Positions 44,044 through 54,542 are shown, counted from the stretch's first letter. The stretch is DNA of 64,000 nt from Candidatus Latescibacterota bacterium (GCA_965208105.1 OZ242318.1:1024001-1088000), one strand, 5' to 3'. Notes: generated by a model not told the origin, from the sequence alone. A program made the numbers and translations.

Positions 44044-46416
44044 ATGATTAAATCCATCGCATTCCCAATGGCGTGTCTGTTGCTGCTGCCAGGCACGAGC
44101 ATCGCAGCCCAGGAGAGATTTACCGTCAGCGGTTATGTCAAAGATGCCGCCGACGGCGAAGCCATACCCGGCGTCAACATCGCCGTATCGGCCATGGAGG
44201 CAGGCACAACGACGAACGCCTACGGCTATTACGCACTGCGGCTCCCCGCAGGCACTCATATGGTCGCGTTCACCTTTATCGGCTATGACGCGATTGTACG
44301 TCCTGTTGACCTCAATCAAGATCAAGTGCTCAATATCGAATTGGCCGCGGCAGCAATAGAGCTGACCCAGACCACTGTGAGCGCCGAGCGAGTCGATGAG
44401 AATGTCGGCTCCATCGAAATGAGCGCCGCCGAATTGGATATAAAGACCGTAGAGCGCGCGCCCGCCGTTTTGGGCGAAGCCGATCTGGTGCAAACAATCC
44501 AGTTGTTGCCGGGGGTGACGACCGTACGCGAAGGGGCTGCGGGATTTAACGTGCGCGGCGGGGCAGCAGATCAAAACCTGGTCCTGCTCGATGAAGCCAT
44601 AGTCTACAATGCGGCGCACCTCTTCGGCTTCTTCTCGGTCTTCAATGCCGACATCACCAAAGACATCAGGATCTACAAAGGAGGGATCCCTGCCCAGTAT
44701 GGCGGGCGGTTGTCCTCGGTGTTAGATGTGCGGCAAAAAGAGGGCAATGCCAAAAAGTTCCGGGGCAAGGCAGGCATAGGGGTCCTGTCGGGGCGCATGC
44801 TACTGGAAGGCCCGATCGCCGAAGGTCGTGGATCCTATGTAGTCGCCGGACGCCGTTCTTATGGCGACATCTTTTATAATGCGTTCAGCAGCGACAACAG
44901 CACCGCTCATTTCTACGACGTCAATTTTAAAGGCAACTACAATATCAACGACAACAACCGCCTCTTCGTCTCGGGTTATCGCGGCAGGGATGCCTTCAAA
45001 GTCGCTGATATTTTCGGCAACGCCTGGGGCAATACCACCACCACCGTCCGCTGGAACCGTCTCTTCAGCCGGAGATTGTTCGCCAATTTCACAGGCGTGT
45101 TCAGCCGCTACAGCTACGATAGCGATACGTTTACCGCTGGGGCGGAGCACAATTGGCTGTCCCACATCACCAACTTCAAGTTCAAATCTGATTTCTTCTA
45201 CTCATTGACCGAGGGGAATTCGCTCAATTTCGGCGCCAGCAGTATCTATTACGGCTTCACTCCTGCCAATATCAAACCTATCGGGAAAACGTCTTCGGTT
45301 GTTGCGGCGAAGCTGGATCGACAGAAGGCTGTAGAGCCAAGCGCTTATGTCAGCTTGGACCATCGACTCACCGACTTCCTCTCGTTCCAATATGGGTTGC
45401 GTCTGTCGGCGTTCAGTCGTCAGGGGGGGCAGGATTTACCCGTCTATCGCGACAACCAGCCGATCGTATACAACGAGACCTTGGGCCGGTATGAAGCGGG
45501 GGTAATCAAAAGCATCACCTCGTATGAAAACTGGAAGAACGTAAAAAGCTTTACGGGTCTGGAGCCCCGCGTATCGGCGCGATGGTCGCTGACGGAATCC
45601 AGCTCGATCAAGGCAAGCTACAATCGCACCCGGCAGTATATCCACCTCATCTCCAATACGACCGCATCCCAGCCCCTGGATATCTGGAGACCCAGCGGCC
45701 CCTTTGTCGAACCACAGACAGCCGACCAGATCGCCGGTGGATATTTCCGAAACTTTCGGGAGAATGTGTACGAAGCTTCGGTCGAAGCCTATTACAAGAA
45801 GATGAACAATCTGATCGACTACTTCGACGGGGCCCATCTGACATTCAACAACAACCTGGAGACCGAGCTATTGAAGGGCAAGGGCCGATCCTACGGCGTA
45901 GAGCTGATGGTGCGCAAACGCACGGGACGCTTGACTGGTTGGCTGGGCTATACGTGGTCGCGCACCGAGCGCCAGGTCCCTGGATTGGGCGGCGGCGATC
46001 CGGGCATCAACAATGGGGAATATTATCCGGCTAACAATGACAAGGCACACGATCTGACCTTGACCACCGTATACGCCCTTAAACCGCGTTGGTCCCTATC
46101 GACAAACTTCGCCCTGTCTACGGGTACGCCCACGACTTTCCCGATCAGCCGCTACGAGTTCGCCAATTTCACCGTTCCGCAGTATGAGACGCGGAATGGG
46201 GCTCGCTTGCCGGCCTATCACCGCCTGGATTTGGGACTGACCTACACCACGGCCAATGACCACAGTTGGGTCTTCAGCATCTACAATCTGTATAACCGAC
46301 ACAATGCCGCTACAATCAGTGTCCGACAAAGCGAGAAGGACAAGCTCGTCACCCAAGCTGTACAGACTTCGATTTTCGGCATCCTTCCCAGCATAACCTA
46401 TAACCGGAGCTTTTAA
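44044..46416 (+). CDS. TonB-dependent receptor with N-terminal carboxypeptidase-regulatory-like domain
   Basis: VSGYVKDA..GTTTNAYGYY, plug region LLPGV..NVRGG..QNLVLLD, RLPAYHRLD, C-terminal F. Confidence 0.93.
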   Translation: MIKSIAFPMACLLLLPGTSIAAQERFTVSGYVKDAADGEAIPGVNIAVSAMEAGTTTNAYGYYALRLPAGTHMVAFTFIGYDAIVRPVDLNQDQVLNIELAAAAIELTQTTVSAERVDENVGSIEMSAAELDIKTVERAPAVLGEADLVQTIQLLPGVTTVREGAAGFNVRGGAADQNLVLLDEAIVYNAAHLFGFFSVFNADITKDIRIYKGGIPAQYGGRLSSVLDVRQKEGNAKKFRGKAGIGVLSGRMLLEGPIAEGRGSYVVAGRRSYGDIFYNAFSSDNSTAHFYDVNFKGNYNINDNNRLFVSGYRGRDAFKVADIFGNAWGNTTTTVRWNRLFSRRLFANFTGVFSRYSYDSDTFTAGAEHNWLSHITNFKFKSDFFYSLTEGNSLNFGASSIYYGFTPANIKPIGKTSSVVAAKLDRQKAVEPSAYVSLDHRLTDFLSFQYGLRLSAFSRQGGQDLPVYRDNQPIVYNETLGRYEAGVIKSITSYENWKNVKSFTGLEPRVSARWSLTESSSIKASYNRTRQYIHLISNTTASQPLDIWRPSGPFVEPQTADQIAGGYFRNFRENVYEASVEAYYKKMNNLIDYFDGAHLTFNNNLETELLKGKGRSYGVELMVRKRTGRLTGWLGYTWSRTERQVPGLGGGDPGINNGEYYPANNDKAHDLTLTTVYALKPRWSLSTNFALSTGTPTTFPISRYEFANFTVPQYETRNGARLPAYHRLDLGLTYTTANDHSWVFSIYNLYNRHNAATISVRQSEKDKLVTQAVQTSIFGILPSITYNRSF

Positions 46417-46418
46417 CC

Positions 46419-47285
46419 ATGAAAAACATACAAATCGCCATCTGGATGGCAGCGCCCCTGTTCACAGCGTGTGAGAGAGTCGTCGATATAGATGTGGAAG
46501 AAGGGCCGGAACGGCTCGTTGTCGAGGGGCGCATCGAGCGCAATATAGACGACCCGGATGCGGTGCAGTCTCTCCGGTTGTCTACCACGGCTCCCTACTT
46601 CAGTAACGAGCCAACCCCCGCGGCCAGCGGAGCAGAGGTGGTCGTGCTGGACGACTCAGGCAACACCTATCCCTTTACCGAGTCGTCGGATCAACCCGGC
46701 ATCTACGAAAACGGGGATATGCGTCCCGAGGTCGGGCGGGCCTACACCCTTGAAATTGATCTTGACGGCGAATCCTATCGAGCGGTCGAAACATTACTTC
46801 CCGTTGCGCCCATCGACCGGATCTACCAGCAATTCAACAAATCTAACCCGTTCGAGGAGGAAGGCATCCATGTAAAGATCGATTATCAAGATGTCGCCGG
46901 TCGCGAAGACTACTATCTGTGGGAGCAGTTCGCCGATGGTGTATCGCAAGCCAAGCCCGATGACGGTAATGAGTTCAATTTCGTCGGATCGGATGATTTG
47001 TATGACGGGGAGTGGGCCATCGGCTTCGAGCCGAACGAAGAAGCGACCGTAGAACCGGGCCAATTGATCCGCGTACGACAGCTCTCGTTATCAAAAAGGG
47101 CCTTTGACTATTATTTCCTGATCTTCCAGCAGACGGGGCAAAATCCGGTCTTCCCTACCCCTGCGGCCTTGGTTCGTGGCAACGTTGAGAATCTGACCAA
47201 TCCCGACCATTATGCATTGGGGTATTTTGGCGCCAGCGAAGTGGATGTTGCGGAGCTGGTTATCGTGGAAGAAGACGCGCCATGA
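46419..47285 (+). CDS. DUF4249-type lipoprotein
   Basis: Lipobox FTAC, RLVVEG.I, LSKRAFDY, GNVEN..ALGYF. Lies downstream of the TonB receptor. Confidence 0.8.
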   Translation: MKNIQIAIWMAAPLFTACERVVDIDVEEGPERLVVEGRIERNIDDPDAVQSLRLSTTAPYFSNEPTPAASGAEVVVLDDSGNTYPFTESSDQPGIYENGDMRPEVGRAYTLEIDLDGESYRAVETLLPVAPIDRIYQQFNKSNPFEEEGIHVKIDYQDVAGREDYYLWEQFADGVSQAKPDDGNEFNFVGSDDLYDGEWAIGFEPNEEATVEPGQLIRVRQLSLSKRAFDYYFLIFQQTGQNPVFPTPAALVRGNVENLTNPDHYALGYFGASEVDVAELVIVEEDAP

Positions 47286-47506
47286 AGATTTGCCAGGCAG
47301 CCCGTCACTACCGGCCTCGGAAAGCTATCTCCAAGCATGCTCGTACTTGCTCTGGAAGAAGAGAGCCTCCATCAGGTCGGTTGAAGCCTGTCAGGGTGGT
47401 GCCGGAGTGCCAATTTTTGTTATCCTTGCGGTGGCGCCTGCCGTCCAGGCAGGCTGGTGGGGCTTGATCTCGAGGGGGACCCTTCAGAAGAGAAACGGAG
47501 GTCAAT

Positions 47507-48931
47507 ATGACCGCAGCTATCGACGAAATCCTGGCGTTCGCTCCGGCCTCGGAGCTTCGAAAGCTCATCGCCGGCAAGGAACTATCCCCCGTGGAGCTCA
47601 CGGAGATGTATCTCAGGCGCATCGACCGTCTCGACTCTCGCCTCGACTCCTATCTCACGGTGGCCCACGACCAGGCCATGTCCGCCGCGCGGTCGGCGGA
47701 GGAGGCCGTCATGCGCGGCGACGACCTCGGCCCGCTCCACGGTCTGCCCATATCGATCAAGGACCTTGAATTGACCAGGGGTTTGAGGACGACCTCAGGA
47801 TCACTGATCTTCGAGGACAGGGTGCCCGACGAGGACTCGGTCGTGGTGGAGCGCGTCCGGCAGTCGGGCGCGGTGATCCTGGGCAAGACCAACACGCCTG
47901 AGTTCGGGCAGTCGGGAACGACCGACAACCGCCTGGGCGGCCCGTGCCGCAACCCGTGGAACACGGAGCGCACCACCGGAGGCTCCAGCGGCGGCGCGGG
48001 CGCGTCTACGGTTGCCGGCTTATGCGCCCTGGCCCAGGGCAGCGACGGGGGCGGCTCCATCCGCATACCTTCGAGCTTCTGCGGCGTCTACGGCCTGAAG
48101 CCGACGCAGGGGCGGGTGCCCTATTACGCCGGTCCCAGTCCCGCAATCCCCAACCACTTCAGCCAGGCGGGTCCGATGACCAGGGCGGTCGCGGACGCCG
48201 CGATGCTGCTTCAGGTGCTCGCCGGCCACGACCCCAGGGACCCGTCGTCGATACGCCAGGCCCCTCCCGACTTCCTGGCCGCGCTGGACAGGGACGTCTC
48301 AGGGCTGAGAATGGCCTGGAGCCCGGACTACGGCTACGCCGCCGTCGACCCGGAGGTCGTCGAAGTCGCGTCCCGCGCGGCGATGGCCTTCGAGGAGGTG
48401 GGATGCACCGTCGAGGGCTCCGACATCAGCCTCGATTCGCCGTTCGATGCCTTCTGGACCTTGTTCAGCGCGGTGGGCTACACCCGACTCGGCCTTCTCC
48501 TCGAAAAGGCCGACATGCTGACCGACTATGCCCGGGAGTGCATCGAGAAGGGGGCCTCGGTCACGGGGGCCGACTACGCTGCCTCCCTGGCCTACCTCGA
48601 CCGTCTCAGGCAGCAGTTCGCCGATCTATTCGACGACTACGACCTGCTGTTGTCTCCGACGATGGCCGTGCCGGCCTTCCCGGTGGACGGCCGGCCCGCC
48701 CGGATCGCGGGCCGCGACGTAGACAGCCTCTGGGGATTCCTGCCATTCACCTATCCCATAAACATGATCGGCCATCCCGCTGCAAGCATCCCCGCGGGCT
48801 TCTCTACCGAGGGCATGCCAATAGGACTGCACATCGTCGGCCGGTGGGGAGACGAGGAAACGGTGCTCGCCGCGTCCGCCGCCTTCGAGAAGGCCAGGCC
48901 CTGGATCGAGGGCAGGCCGCCGGTCTCCTGA
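47507..48931 (+). CDS. Amidase signature family enzyme
   Basis: ISIKD, GKTNTPEFG, GGSSGG, GSDGGGSIRIP. Confidence 0.95.
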   Translation: MTAAIDEILAFAPASELRKLIAGKELSPVELTEMYLRRIDRLDSRLDSYLTVAHDQAMSAARSAEEAVMRGDDLGPLHGLPISIKDLELTRGLRTTSGSLIFEDRVPDEDSVVVERVRQSGAVILGKTNTPEFGQSGTTDNRLGGPCRNPWNTERTTGGSSGGAGASTVAGLCALAQGSDGGGSIRIPSSFCGVYGLKPTQGRVPYYAGPSPAIPNHFSQAGPMTRAVADAAMLLQVLAGHDPRDPSSIRQAPPDFLAALDRDVSGLRMAWSPDYGYAAVDPEVVEVASRAAMAFEEVGCTVEGSDISLDSPFDAFWTLFSAVGYTRLGLLLEKADMLTDYARECIEKGASVTGADYAASLAYLDRLRQQFADLFDDYDLLLSPTMAVPAFPVDGRPARIAGRDVDSLWGFLPFTYPINMIGHPAASIPAGFSTEGMPIGLHIVGRWGDEETVLAASAAFEKARPWIEGRPPVS

Positions 48932-48956
48932 CGCCCCTGCCTGCGGATGCCGGGTT

Positions 48957-49577
48957 CTATCCCGGCCACTCCGGCCTCGCCATCGTGAAGAAGCTGTCCA
49001 CCTCGACGAAATCGAGGTAGCCCAGCCTTCCGACCGGCCGCAGCTTGAGGAAGTCCACGCGCCCGTCCACCAACACGCTGTCGTCTATGTGGACGCCTGC
49101 GACTTCGCCGAAGACTACGGTGTTCGGATCGTCGGGGTTGTCCGACAGCACCTCCAGCGAGGTTGTGTAGCGGCACTCCAGGTGGACCGGGCTCTCTGCC
49201 ACGCGGGGACAGCTCACCAGCCTGCTCTCCGCCTTGGTGAGCCCGGCGTATTCGAACTCGTCGACCTCGCGCGGGGCCGGAACGGCGGAGGCGTTCATCT
49301 GCTCGCGCAGCTCCCACGTGGCGACGTTCACGACGAACTCCCCGGTGGCCTGAGCGTCGGCCACCGCGTCCTTCAGACCGCCGAACTTGTGGTTGCTCGT
49401 GGCCGAGAACATCACCTGCGGGGGAGTGTAGGCCACAGCGTTGAAGAACGAGTAAGGCGCGAGGTTCGGGACGCCTTCGGCGCTGAGAGTCGATATCCAG
49501 CCGATGGGCCTGGGGACGACAATCGCGTTGAGCGGGTTGTGGGGCAGCCCGGACCCATCCTTGGGTTCATAGAACAT
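48957..49577 (-). CDS. Flavin reductase family protein
   Basis: VVPRPIGWIST..NLAPYSFFN..GEFVVN. Confidence 0.9.
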   Translation of the reverse strand: MFYEPKDGSGLPHNPLNAIVVPRPIGWISTLSAEGVPNLAPYSFFNAVAYTPPQVMFSATSNHKFGGLKDAVADAQATGEFVVNVATWELREQMNASAVPAPREVDEFEYAGLTKAESRLVSCPRVAESPVHLECRYTTSLEVLSDNPDDPNTVVFGEVAGVHIDDSVLVDGRVDFLKLRPVGRLGYLDFVEVDSFFTMARPEWPG

Positions 49578-49621
49578 TGAAGCCTCCGGTCTGAACTCTG
49601 TGCGCCCCGCGCCGCGATGTC

Positions 49622-51109
49622 TCAGGTCGATTGACGGTCCGCCCCGGGCCGGCCGAACTCCCAGGAGTGGAGCGTCGCCCTCATCATCTCGAAGCGCACG
49701 GTGATCTTCGTTCCGGCCAGCCCCGATAGATCCGCACTGCCGCGCCAGCTCACCTCGCGCCCGAACTCGTCCCCGGCGAGCGGGTCGCAGTCGGCGAAAT
49801 CAAACCTCTCCAGTGGCTCTGTTTTTTCCGGCGGATATGGCAGATCCTTGTAGAGCGCGGCGCGAATCCAACCGCCCCGTTCGGTGGAATAGTTGAGTCG
49901 CAGCGGCCCGCCTTCCGCCATGCTGCCGATCAGCGAAAAGCTGCCATGGTCCTCCGCGCGCAGGCCGCCGATCCGGTCCCGGGGCCAGGTAGCCCAGGCG
50001 ACATGGCTGCGCTTGTCCCTGTCGAGATAATAGCCTTCGTTGTGCCTGGCATCGCTCGCCCCGTACGGCACCGCCATGCGGCCGTCTTCCAGAACCAGCA
50101 ACTCGGTCCCGACGTACGGCCCCCCTTCCTCGCCGCTTCCGCTTCCACCACAGGCCAGGACCGGAGTTCGCCCCGCCCGCGTCCAGTTGATGCCATCGCG
50201 GCTAACCGCCAGGAACACATCCACCTTGTCGTTGAGCTGGTCGAAGACCGAGGGAAACATCATGTGGAGACCGGCGCCGGGATAGGGCGAATAGGCATTG
50301 GTGTAGAAGGAGTGGCTGGGTCCGTCCTCCAGGCCGGGCACGACGATCGTTTCCGGTTTGGCCCACCGGCGAAAATCATCTGTCTCGGCGCGCCCGATGG
50401 CGCGGCGGCCGTTGGCGTGGGTGCGAAAAAACCCCACGTAGGTGCCCCGGTCGCCGTCGTAGCGGCAGATGGTCTGGGTATCGCAGAACATCTCGAACAG
50501 GATGTCCTCCAGCGCGGTCCAGTTGACGCCGTCGGGAGAGACCGCACCGCGATGGGTGCCGATCAGCTGTACTTCCTTCCGCATCTCATCCCTCGAGTAC
50601 CCCGCCTCTCCCAATTCGCGCCACCGGCGCAGTCCCTCTTCAGCGGTGATCTCCTTGCCCTTGTCGAACCACTGGGGGCAGTGGCCTATCCGTTTGTAGC
50701 GCTCGGCGGGAGGTGCGCTCGGATCGATGAAGGTGCAGCCGGTCCGCACCCCCGGTCCTCGCCGGCAGATATTGTTGAGGTGGGAACCGTTGAATTCGAA
50801 CAGTCCCAGTTCGGGCCGTGTCCACGACAAGCCTTCCTCGCTCTCGGCGTAGCAGAGCAGCTGATCGTTGATGCCCTTGCCGCACTGCGTTCCGTACCAC
50901 ATCCGGTACTTGCCGCCGTCGCGGAACACCGTGACATGGCTCAGGCCGCCTTCCCATGGCATTTCGTCGGTGAGGACAGGTGCCGAGCGTTCGGCCTGGT
51001 TGAATATCAACCGCACGCCCCGGGGAGGATGATAGTGGTAGGCCCTGCCGTCCGGCTCGTAGCCGGCGAAACCGGAATAGATGTCGGCGTAGTCAAGTAA
51101 CGGGCGCAT
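49622..51109 (-). CDS. Hypothetical glycoside hydrolase-like (beta-propeller) protein
   Basis: Repeated Asp-box-like motifs (SEEGLSW, SPDGVNW, SRDGINW) and YRMWY. Confidence 0.6.
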   Translation of the reverse strand: MRPLLDYADIYSGFAGYEPDGRAYHYHPPRGVRLIFNQAERSAPVLTDEMPWEGGLSHVTVFRDGGKYRMWYGTQCGKGINDQLLCYAESEEGLSWTRPELGLFEFNGSHLNNICRRGPGVRTGCTFIDPSAPPAERYKRIGHCPQWFDKGKEITAEEGLRRWRELGEAGYSRDEMRKEVQLIGTHRGAVSPDGVNWTALEDILFEMFCDTQTICRYDGDRGTYVGFFRTHANGRRAIGRAETDDFRRWAKPETIVVPGLEDGPSHSFYTNAYSPYPGAGLHMMFPSVFDQLNDKVDVFLAVSRDGINWTRAGRTPVLACGGSGSGEEGGPYVGTELLVLEDGRMAVPYGASDARHNEGYYLDRDKRSHVAWATWPRDRIGGLRAEDHGSFSLIGSMAEGGPLRLNYSTERGGWIRAALYKDLPYPPEKTEPLERFDFADCDPLAGDEFGREVSWRGSADLSGLAGTKITVRFEMMRATLHSWEFGRPGADRQST

Positions 51110-51276
51110 CGCATCTCCTTTCGGTCGGGGCTCCGTTAATGTATTTGTCTGGAAAAAATGCTGCGATACTTGGCGCGGTGTCACTCATTGATCACGGGGG
51201 GCCCATCCGCCAAGGGTTCTCCCAACCGCAATTCCCCCACCATACTGATCTAAATTGATTGGATTCGAATATCCTT

Positions 51277-52392
51277 CTAACGCACGAAGGACCGCTGAAT
51301 CTCCTCGGGCGTCCGGTGGGAATACTCGAACGCATCTATATCCAGTATCGGATGAGCCGCGGCGATCGACTCATCCACGTCGCATCCAAGGCCGGGAGCC
51401 TCGGGCACGAGGATAGCGCCCCCTTCTTCCTGGATGCATCCCGGCGCCACGTCGTATCGCCAGGGGACGTCATCCGCCTTGTGTTCGAGGAAGATGCAGT
51501 TGGGGATCGACGCGAGCACGTGCAGGTTCGCCATCTCGATGATCGGCCCCACGGAGCCGTCGTGAGGGGCCACGGTCACCGATTGGGCCTCGGCCATGGC
51601 CGCCAACTTCTTGAGCTCGGTGATCCCGCCCAGGCGGGTAGTCTCCGGCTGCACGATATCCACCAGGTTGCGCGCCAGCAGCTCCGAAAAGGCCCACTTG
51701 GTCGCGAAACGCTCTCCCGTTGCCAGTGGAACCGCGACCTTCTCAGCAACCTTCGCGAAAGCCTCGACATTCTCCGGCACCACGGGGTCCTCCAGAAACA
51801 TGGGACGGTACGGCTCGCATCCCCGTCCGAGCTGGATGGCGGCGGACGGGGTCATTTCCGCGTGACAGTGAACGCCGATCTCCACCTCGTATCCCACCGC
51901 CTCGCGCAAGCTTTTAATCGTTTCGATCTTCGGCCCGCACTTGAAGAACCTGTAGCCGCGATCGATCAGCCTCTCCGCCTCCGCCGGCGTGCTGGCGTGA
52001 CCGTACACCGGAATTCTGTCCCGCATCTTGCCGCCCAACAGCTCCCAGACCGGAACGCCGAGCGCCTTGCCCTTTATGTCCCACAGGGCACAGTCGAGAG
52101 CGCTGATCATCCCACCACGCACCGACCCCGTTACCCCGTGACCGTGCAGGATATCGTAGAGCCTGAGCCAGAGTCTTTCGATCTGGAAGGGGTTTTCGCC
52201 GATCACGAAGTGTTTCATCTCCTGGATCGCCTTCTCCACGATAAACGGCCAGCCGCCTCCTTCGCCTACGCCGGTCACGCCCTCGTCGGTGAAAACCTTG
52301 ACGAACAACCAGTTCCGTCCACGGGGGCGCGAGTTCATCGACGAACCCTCGTTCGCGTTGACCAGATAGGTTTTAACATCGGTGATCTTCAT
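51277..52392 (-). CDS. Mandelate racemase/enolase superfamily dehydratase (galactonate dehydratase-like)
   Basis: MKITDVK, ALWDIKGKALGVPVWELLGG, FLEDP, ATGER, GGITE..APH. Confidence 0.9.
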   Translation of the reverse strand: MKITDVKTYLVNANEGSSMNSRPRGRNWLFVKVFTDEGVTGVGEGGGWPFIVEKAIQEMKHFVIGENPFQIERLWLRLYDILHGHGVTGSVRGGMISALDCALWDIKGKALGVPVWELLGGKMRDRIPVYGHASTPAEAERLIDRGYRFFKCGPKIETIKSLREAVGYEVEIGVHCHAEMTPSAAIQLGRGCEPYRPMFLEDPVVPENVEAFAKVAEKVAVPLATGERFATKWAFSELLARNLVDIVQPETTRLGGITELKKLAAMAEAQSVTVAPHDGSVGPIIEMANLHVLASIPNCIFLEHKADDVPWRYDVAPGCIQEEGGAILVPEAPGLGCDVDESIAAAHPILDIDAFEYSHRTPEEIQRSFVR

Positions 52393-52447
52393 GCTGGTGG
52401 TCTCCTTATTTCATGCAACCGTCGGACTTGGGTGTTGTTAATTCTTC

Positions 52448-52537
52448 GCATATCGTTTTCACGGTTTACGAACCCACGAAGTGGGTTGCCGCAGGCCAAG
52501 GGGCGAATGCCCCGCAGCGTAAATGGATGTGATATAT
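52448..52537 (-). repeat. attC site (GAT-type at both ends)
   Basis: gcatatc..ggtttacg aacccacgaagtgggtt gccgcaggccaa ggggcgaatgcccc..cgtaaa..gatatat. Confidence 0.88.
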
Positions 52538-52604
52538 GAAATGGGACTCTTCATTACCTGTACCAGAGCTCTACTGCTGGAGCTGCCGGGGAGGGTGCCG
52601 AGCA

Positions 52605-53261
52605 TCAGTCGTGGTGGCGTTTGTAATAATGTCTGATCTTTGGGTCGCGGAAGCGAACGACCGTGTTGTGGCCCCAAACGGCCAAGCCAACTGCACCGCG
52701 CGACTCCCCAGGCAGCGTCAACCGATTGACCAATACACCGTTCACGTAGCTGGTCACTGAGCGATCACGGACCTTGAGGACAATGTCATATTCGCGACCA
52801 GGCTCCATAACGAAATCAACGACATCGAGTTTGACATCCTCACGAGTTTCCTCGTTCCGACGGACGACGACCATGGTCTTCCAACCCGTCAGGTATGTCA
52901 GGAAATGCGACGAAACACCGTCGTCGGAGATTCCAAATACGAGTTGCGGACCGGACCCCTTCTCAATGGTGGCCTGCACCTTGAATTCATAGGCAGCCCA
53001 GGTCCCATCTCCCTGGACAAGCCGCCCGCGGCTTGCCTGGCCCGTATCGGCAATGATGGCGTCGCCCTCGCGACGCCATACGGAAGGGGTGAAAGGGCCT
53101 TCACTGGCATGCCATCCGGCCAAGCCCTCACCCTCTACCATTGACTCCCACGGCTTGCCGATATCCGCTCGACCGTAGTCGTTCTCAAAGGAAGGAGTTC
53201 CGACAGCGGCACTCACTGTAGTTAGTAGGCCCAGGTAGATTGCGTAGTGAATTTTCTCCAT
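52605..53261 (-). CDS. Secreted DUF1080-like domain protein (cassette)
   Basis: Signal peptide, WESMVEGEGLAGW..YEFKVQ..VRFRDPKIR. Paralog of 31695-32243. Confidence 0.7.
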   Translation of the reverse strand: MEKIHYAIYLGLLTTVSAAVGTPSFENDYGRADIGKPWESMVEGEGLAGWHASEGPFTPSVWRREGDAIIADTGQASRGRLVQGDGTWAAYEFKVQATIEKGSGPQLVFGISDDGVSSHFLTYLTGWKTMVVVRRNEETREDVKLDVVDFVMEPGREYDIVLKVRDRSVTSYVNGVLVNRLTLPGESRGAVGLAVWGHNTVVRFRDPKIRHYYKRHHD

Positions 53262-53301
53262 TACATGGTCTCCGGTCGGTGATTCCGGTTCTTCCCATTT
53301 C

Positions 53302-53398
53302 ATATATCGTTCCGCCGGTTTGCAAACCCCGAGCTTGGCGAGGGGTTGCCGCAGGCCAAGGCGACGTAGCCGCCGAAGCACAAACCGTGCTGTTATAC
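53302..53398 (-). repeat. attC site
   Basis: atatatc..ccggtttgcaaaccccgagcttggcgaggggttgccgcaggccaa..caaaccgtgctgttatac. Confidence 0.9.
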
Positions 53399-53411
53399 GT
53401 CGTGATATTCA

Positions 53412-53879
53412 TTACTCTGTTGAATGCAACTCGTCTCTGATCCTACCACCAATCTCATTCATCTGATCTTCACTGACACTTTCCTCCTGAGAAACACCCA
53501 GATAAGCAAATACTCTAGTGCTTCGCCGGTCGGCCGGTTGATTAGCCATTCGAGGCACAATATGGAAGTGTACATGCGGATGATCCTTGGCCTCGGCAAA
53601 CTGGATCACATATGTTTTCACGCATCCGACTACAGCCTTAAGAGACAAGGAAACACGCCGAATCAAGGGCCCCAATTCTGCGGCTTCCTGCTCAGTGAGC
53701 TCATCAAGCGATTCGATGTGTCGTTGCAGAACCAACACCAGCCATCCGGGCAATGAGGTATCGAACGCATGCGCAACATCCCAGAACCTGGTCTGGTAAA
53801 TGCTGTCGTAAAGTGGCGCCTTCCCCAGCCTTCTTCGTGCAGTCAATTCGCACGTCTTGCACGTGTCACTACCGTTCAT
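53412..53879 (-). CDS. HIT family hydrolase (cassette)
   Basis: CKTC near the N-terminus and the HPHVHFHIVPR histidine triad. Confidence 0.9.
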   Translation of the reverse strand: MNGSDTCKTCELTARRRLGKAPLYDSIYQTRFWDVAHAFDTSLPGWLVLVLQRHIESLDELTEQEAAELGPLIRRVSLSLKAVVGCVKTYVIQFAEAKDHPHVHFHIVPRMANQPADRRSTRVFAYLGVSQEESVSEDQMNEIGGRIRDELHSTE

Positions 53880-53907
53880 GTCCGACCTCTCATTGCATCT
53901 CCATGTC

Positions 53908-53996
53908 GTGTAACGTTCTGCCGGTTTGCGAACCTCGATGTGGTTGCCGAAGGCCAAGGGGCGGCAGCGCCTCAACGCAACACCGTGATTTTAGCG
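53908..53996 (-). repeat. attC site
   Basis: gtgtaac..ccggtttgcgaacc..ggttgccgaaggccaa..cgcaacaccg..tttagcg. The core G is mutated. Confidence 0.85.
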
Positions 53997-54006
53997 GAAG
54001 TTTCAC

Positions 54007-54222
54007 TCAATTCAATAGATCGCGAAATTGCTCAACGGAAAGACCCGCGTCTCGAACAATTCCGCCCATTGTGAACGCATTGACCGGATTGCTTCGGGGA
54101 ATAGTCAAGATCCGGGTACCGTCACTCATGACGATGTGTTTACCCTGGCGAATTATCCGAAATCCAGCCTTTTCCAAGGCCCTTACGGCCCGCAGGTGAT
54201 TGACCTCTGGAATCTTGGGCAT
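54007..54222 (-). CDS. hicA: HicA toxin (cassette)
   Basis: ALEKAGFRIIRQGKHIVM..LTIPR..IVRDAGLS. Confidence 0.85.
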   Translation of the reverse strand: MPKIPEVNHLRAVRALEKAGFRIIRQGKHIVMSDGTRILTIPRSNPVNAFTMGGIVRDAGLSVEQFRDLLN

Positions 54223-54223
54223 C

Positions 54224-54421
54224 CTAAAGCGTCAGCTCCACCTCTTTGACTTGAGCGTCTCCTAGTAGTTCGTCGACCGCTGCAAGGTATTCGCGTATAG
54301 CCGCTTCGATGTTTGCAAGCGCTTCCGCCTCGGATGCACCTTGAGACCAACAACCGGGAAGCCCAGGAACAGAAACACTCCATCCCTCATCAGATTCGAG
54401 CAACGCGACTTTGTACTTCAT
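54224..54421 (-). CDS. hicB: Short HicB antitoxin (cassette)
   Basis: VSVPGLPGCWSQG.SEAEALANIEAAIREYL. Confidence 0.88.
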   Translation of the reverse strand: MKYKVALLESDEGWSVSVPGLPGCWSQGASEAEALANIEAAIREYLAAVDELLGDAQVKEVELTL

Positions 54422-54542
54422 TTCGACACCTTCCTTACTTGCGGCAATAGAGCACCATTTGCCAAATGAGGATCATAATTCAATAAATTCTTGCGAACTT
54501 CCGTGCATCACGGCGATGTAAGAATTTTCCACGTCCTATTTC

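Noticed and set aside
51277-52447. Enolase-family gene as a further cassette of array 3
   Set aside because: No downstream attC and no end complementary to the 52448 boundary was found
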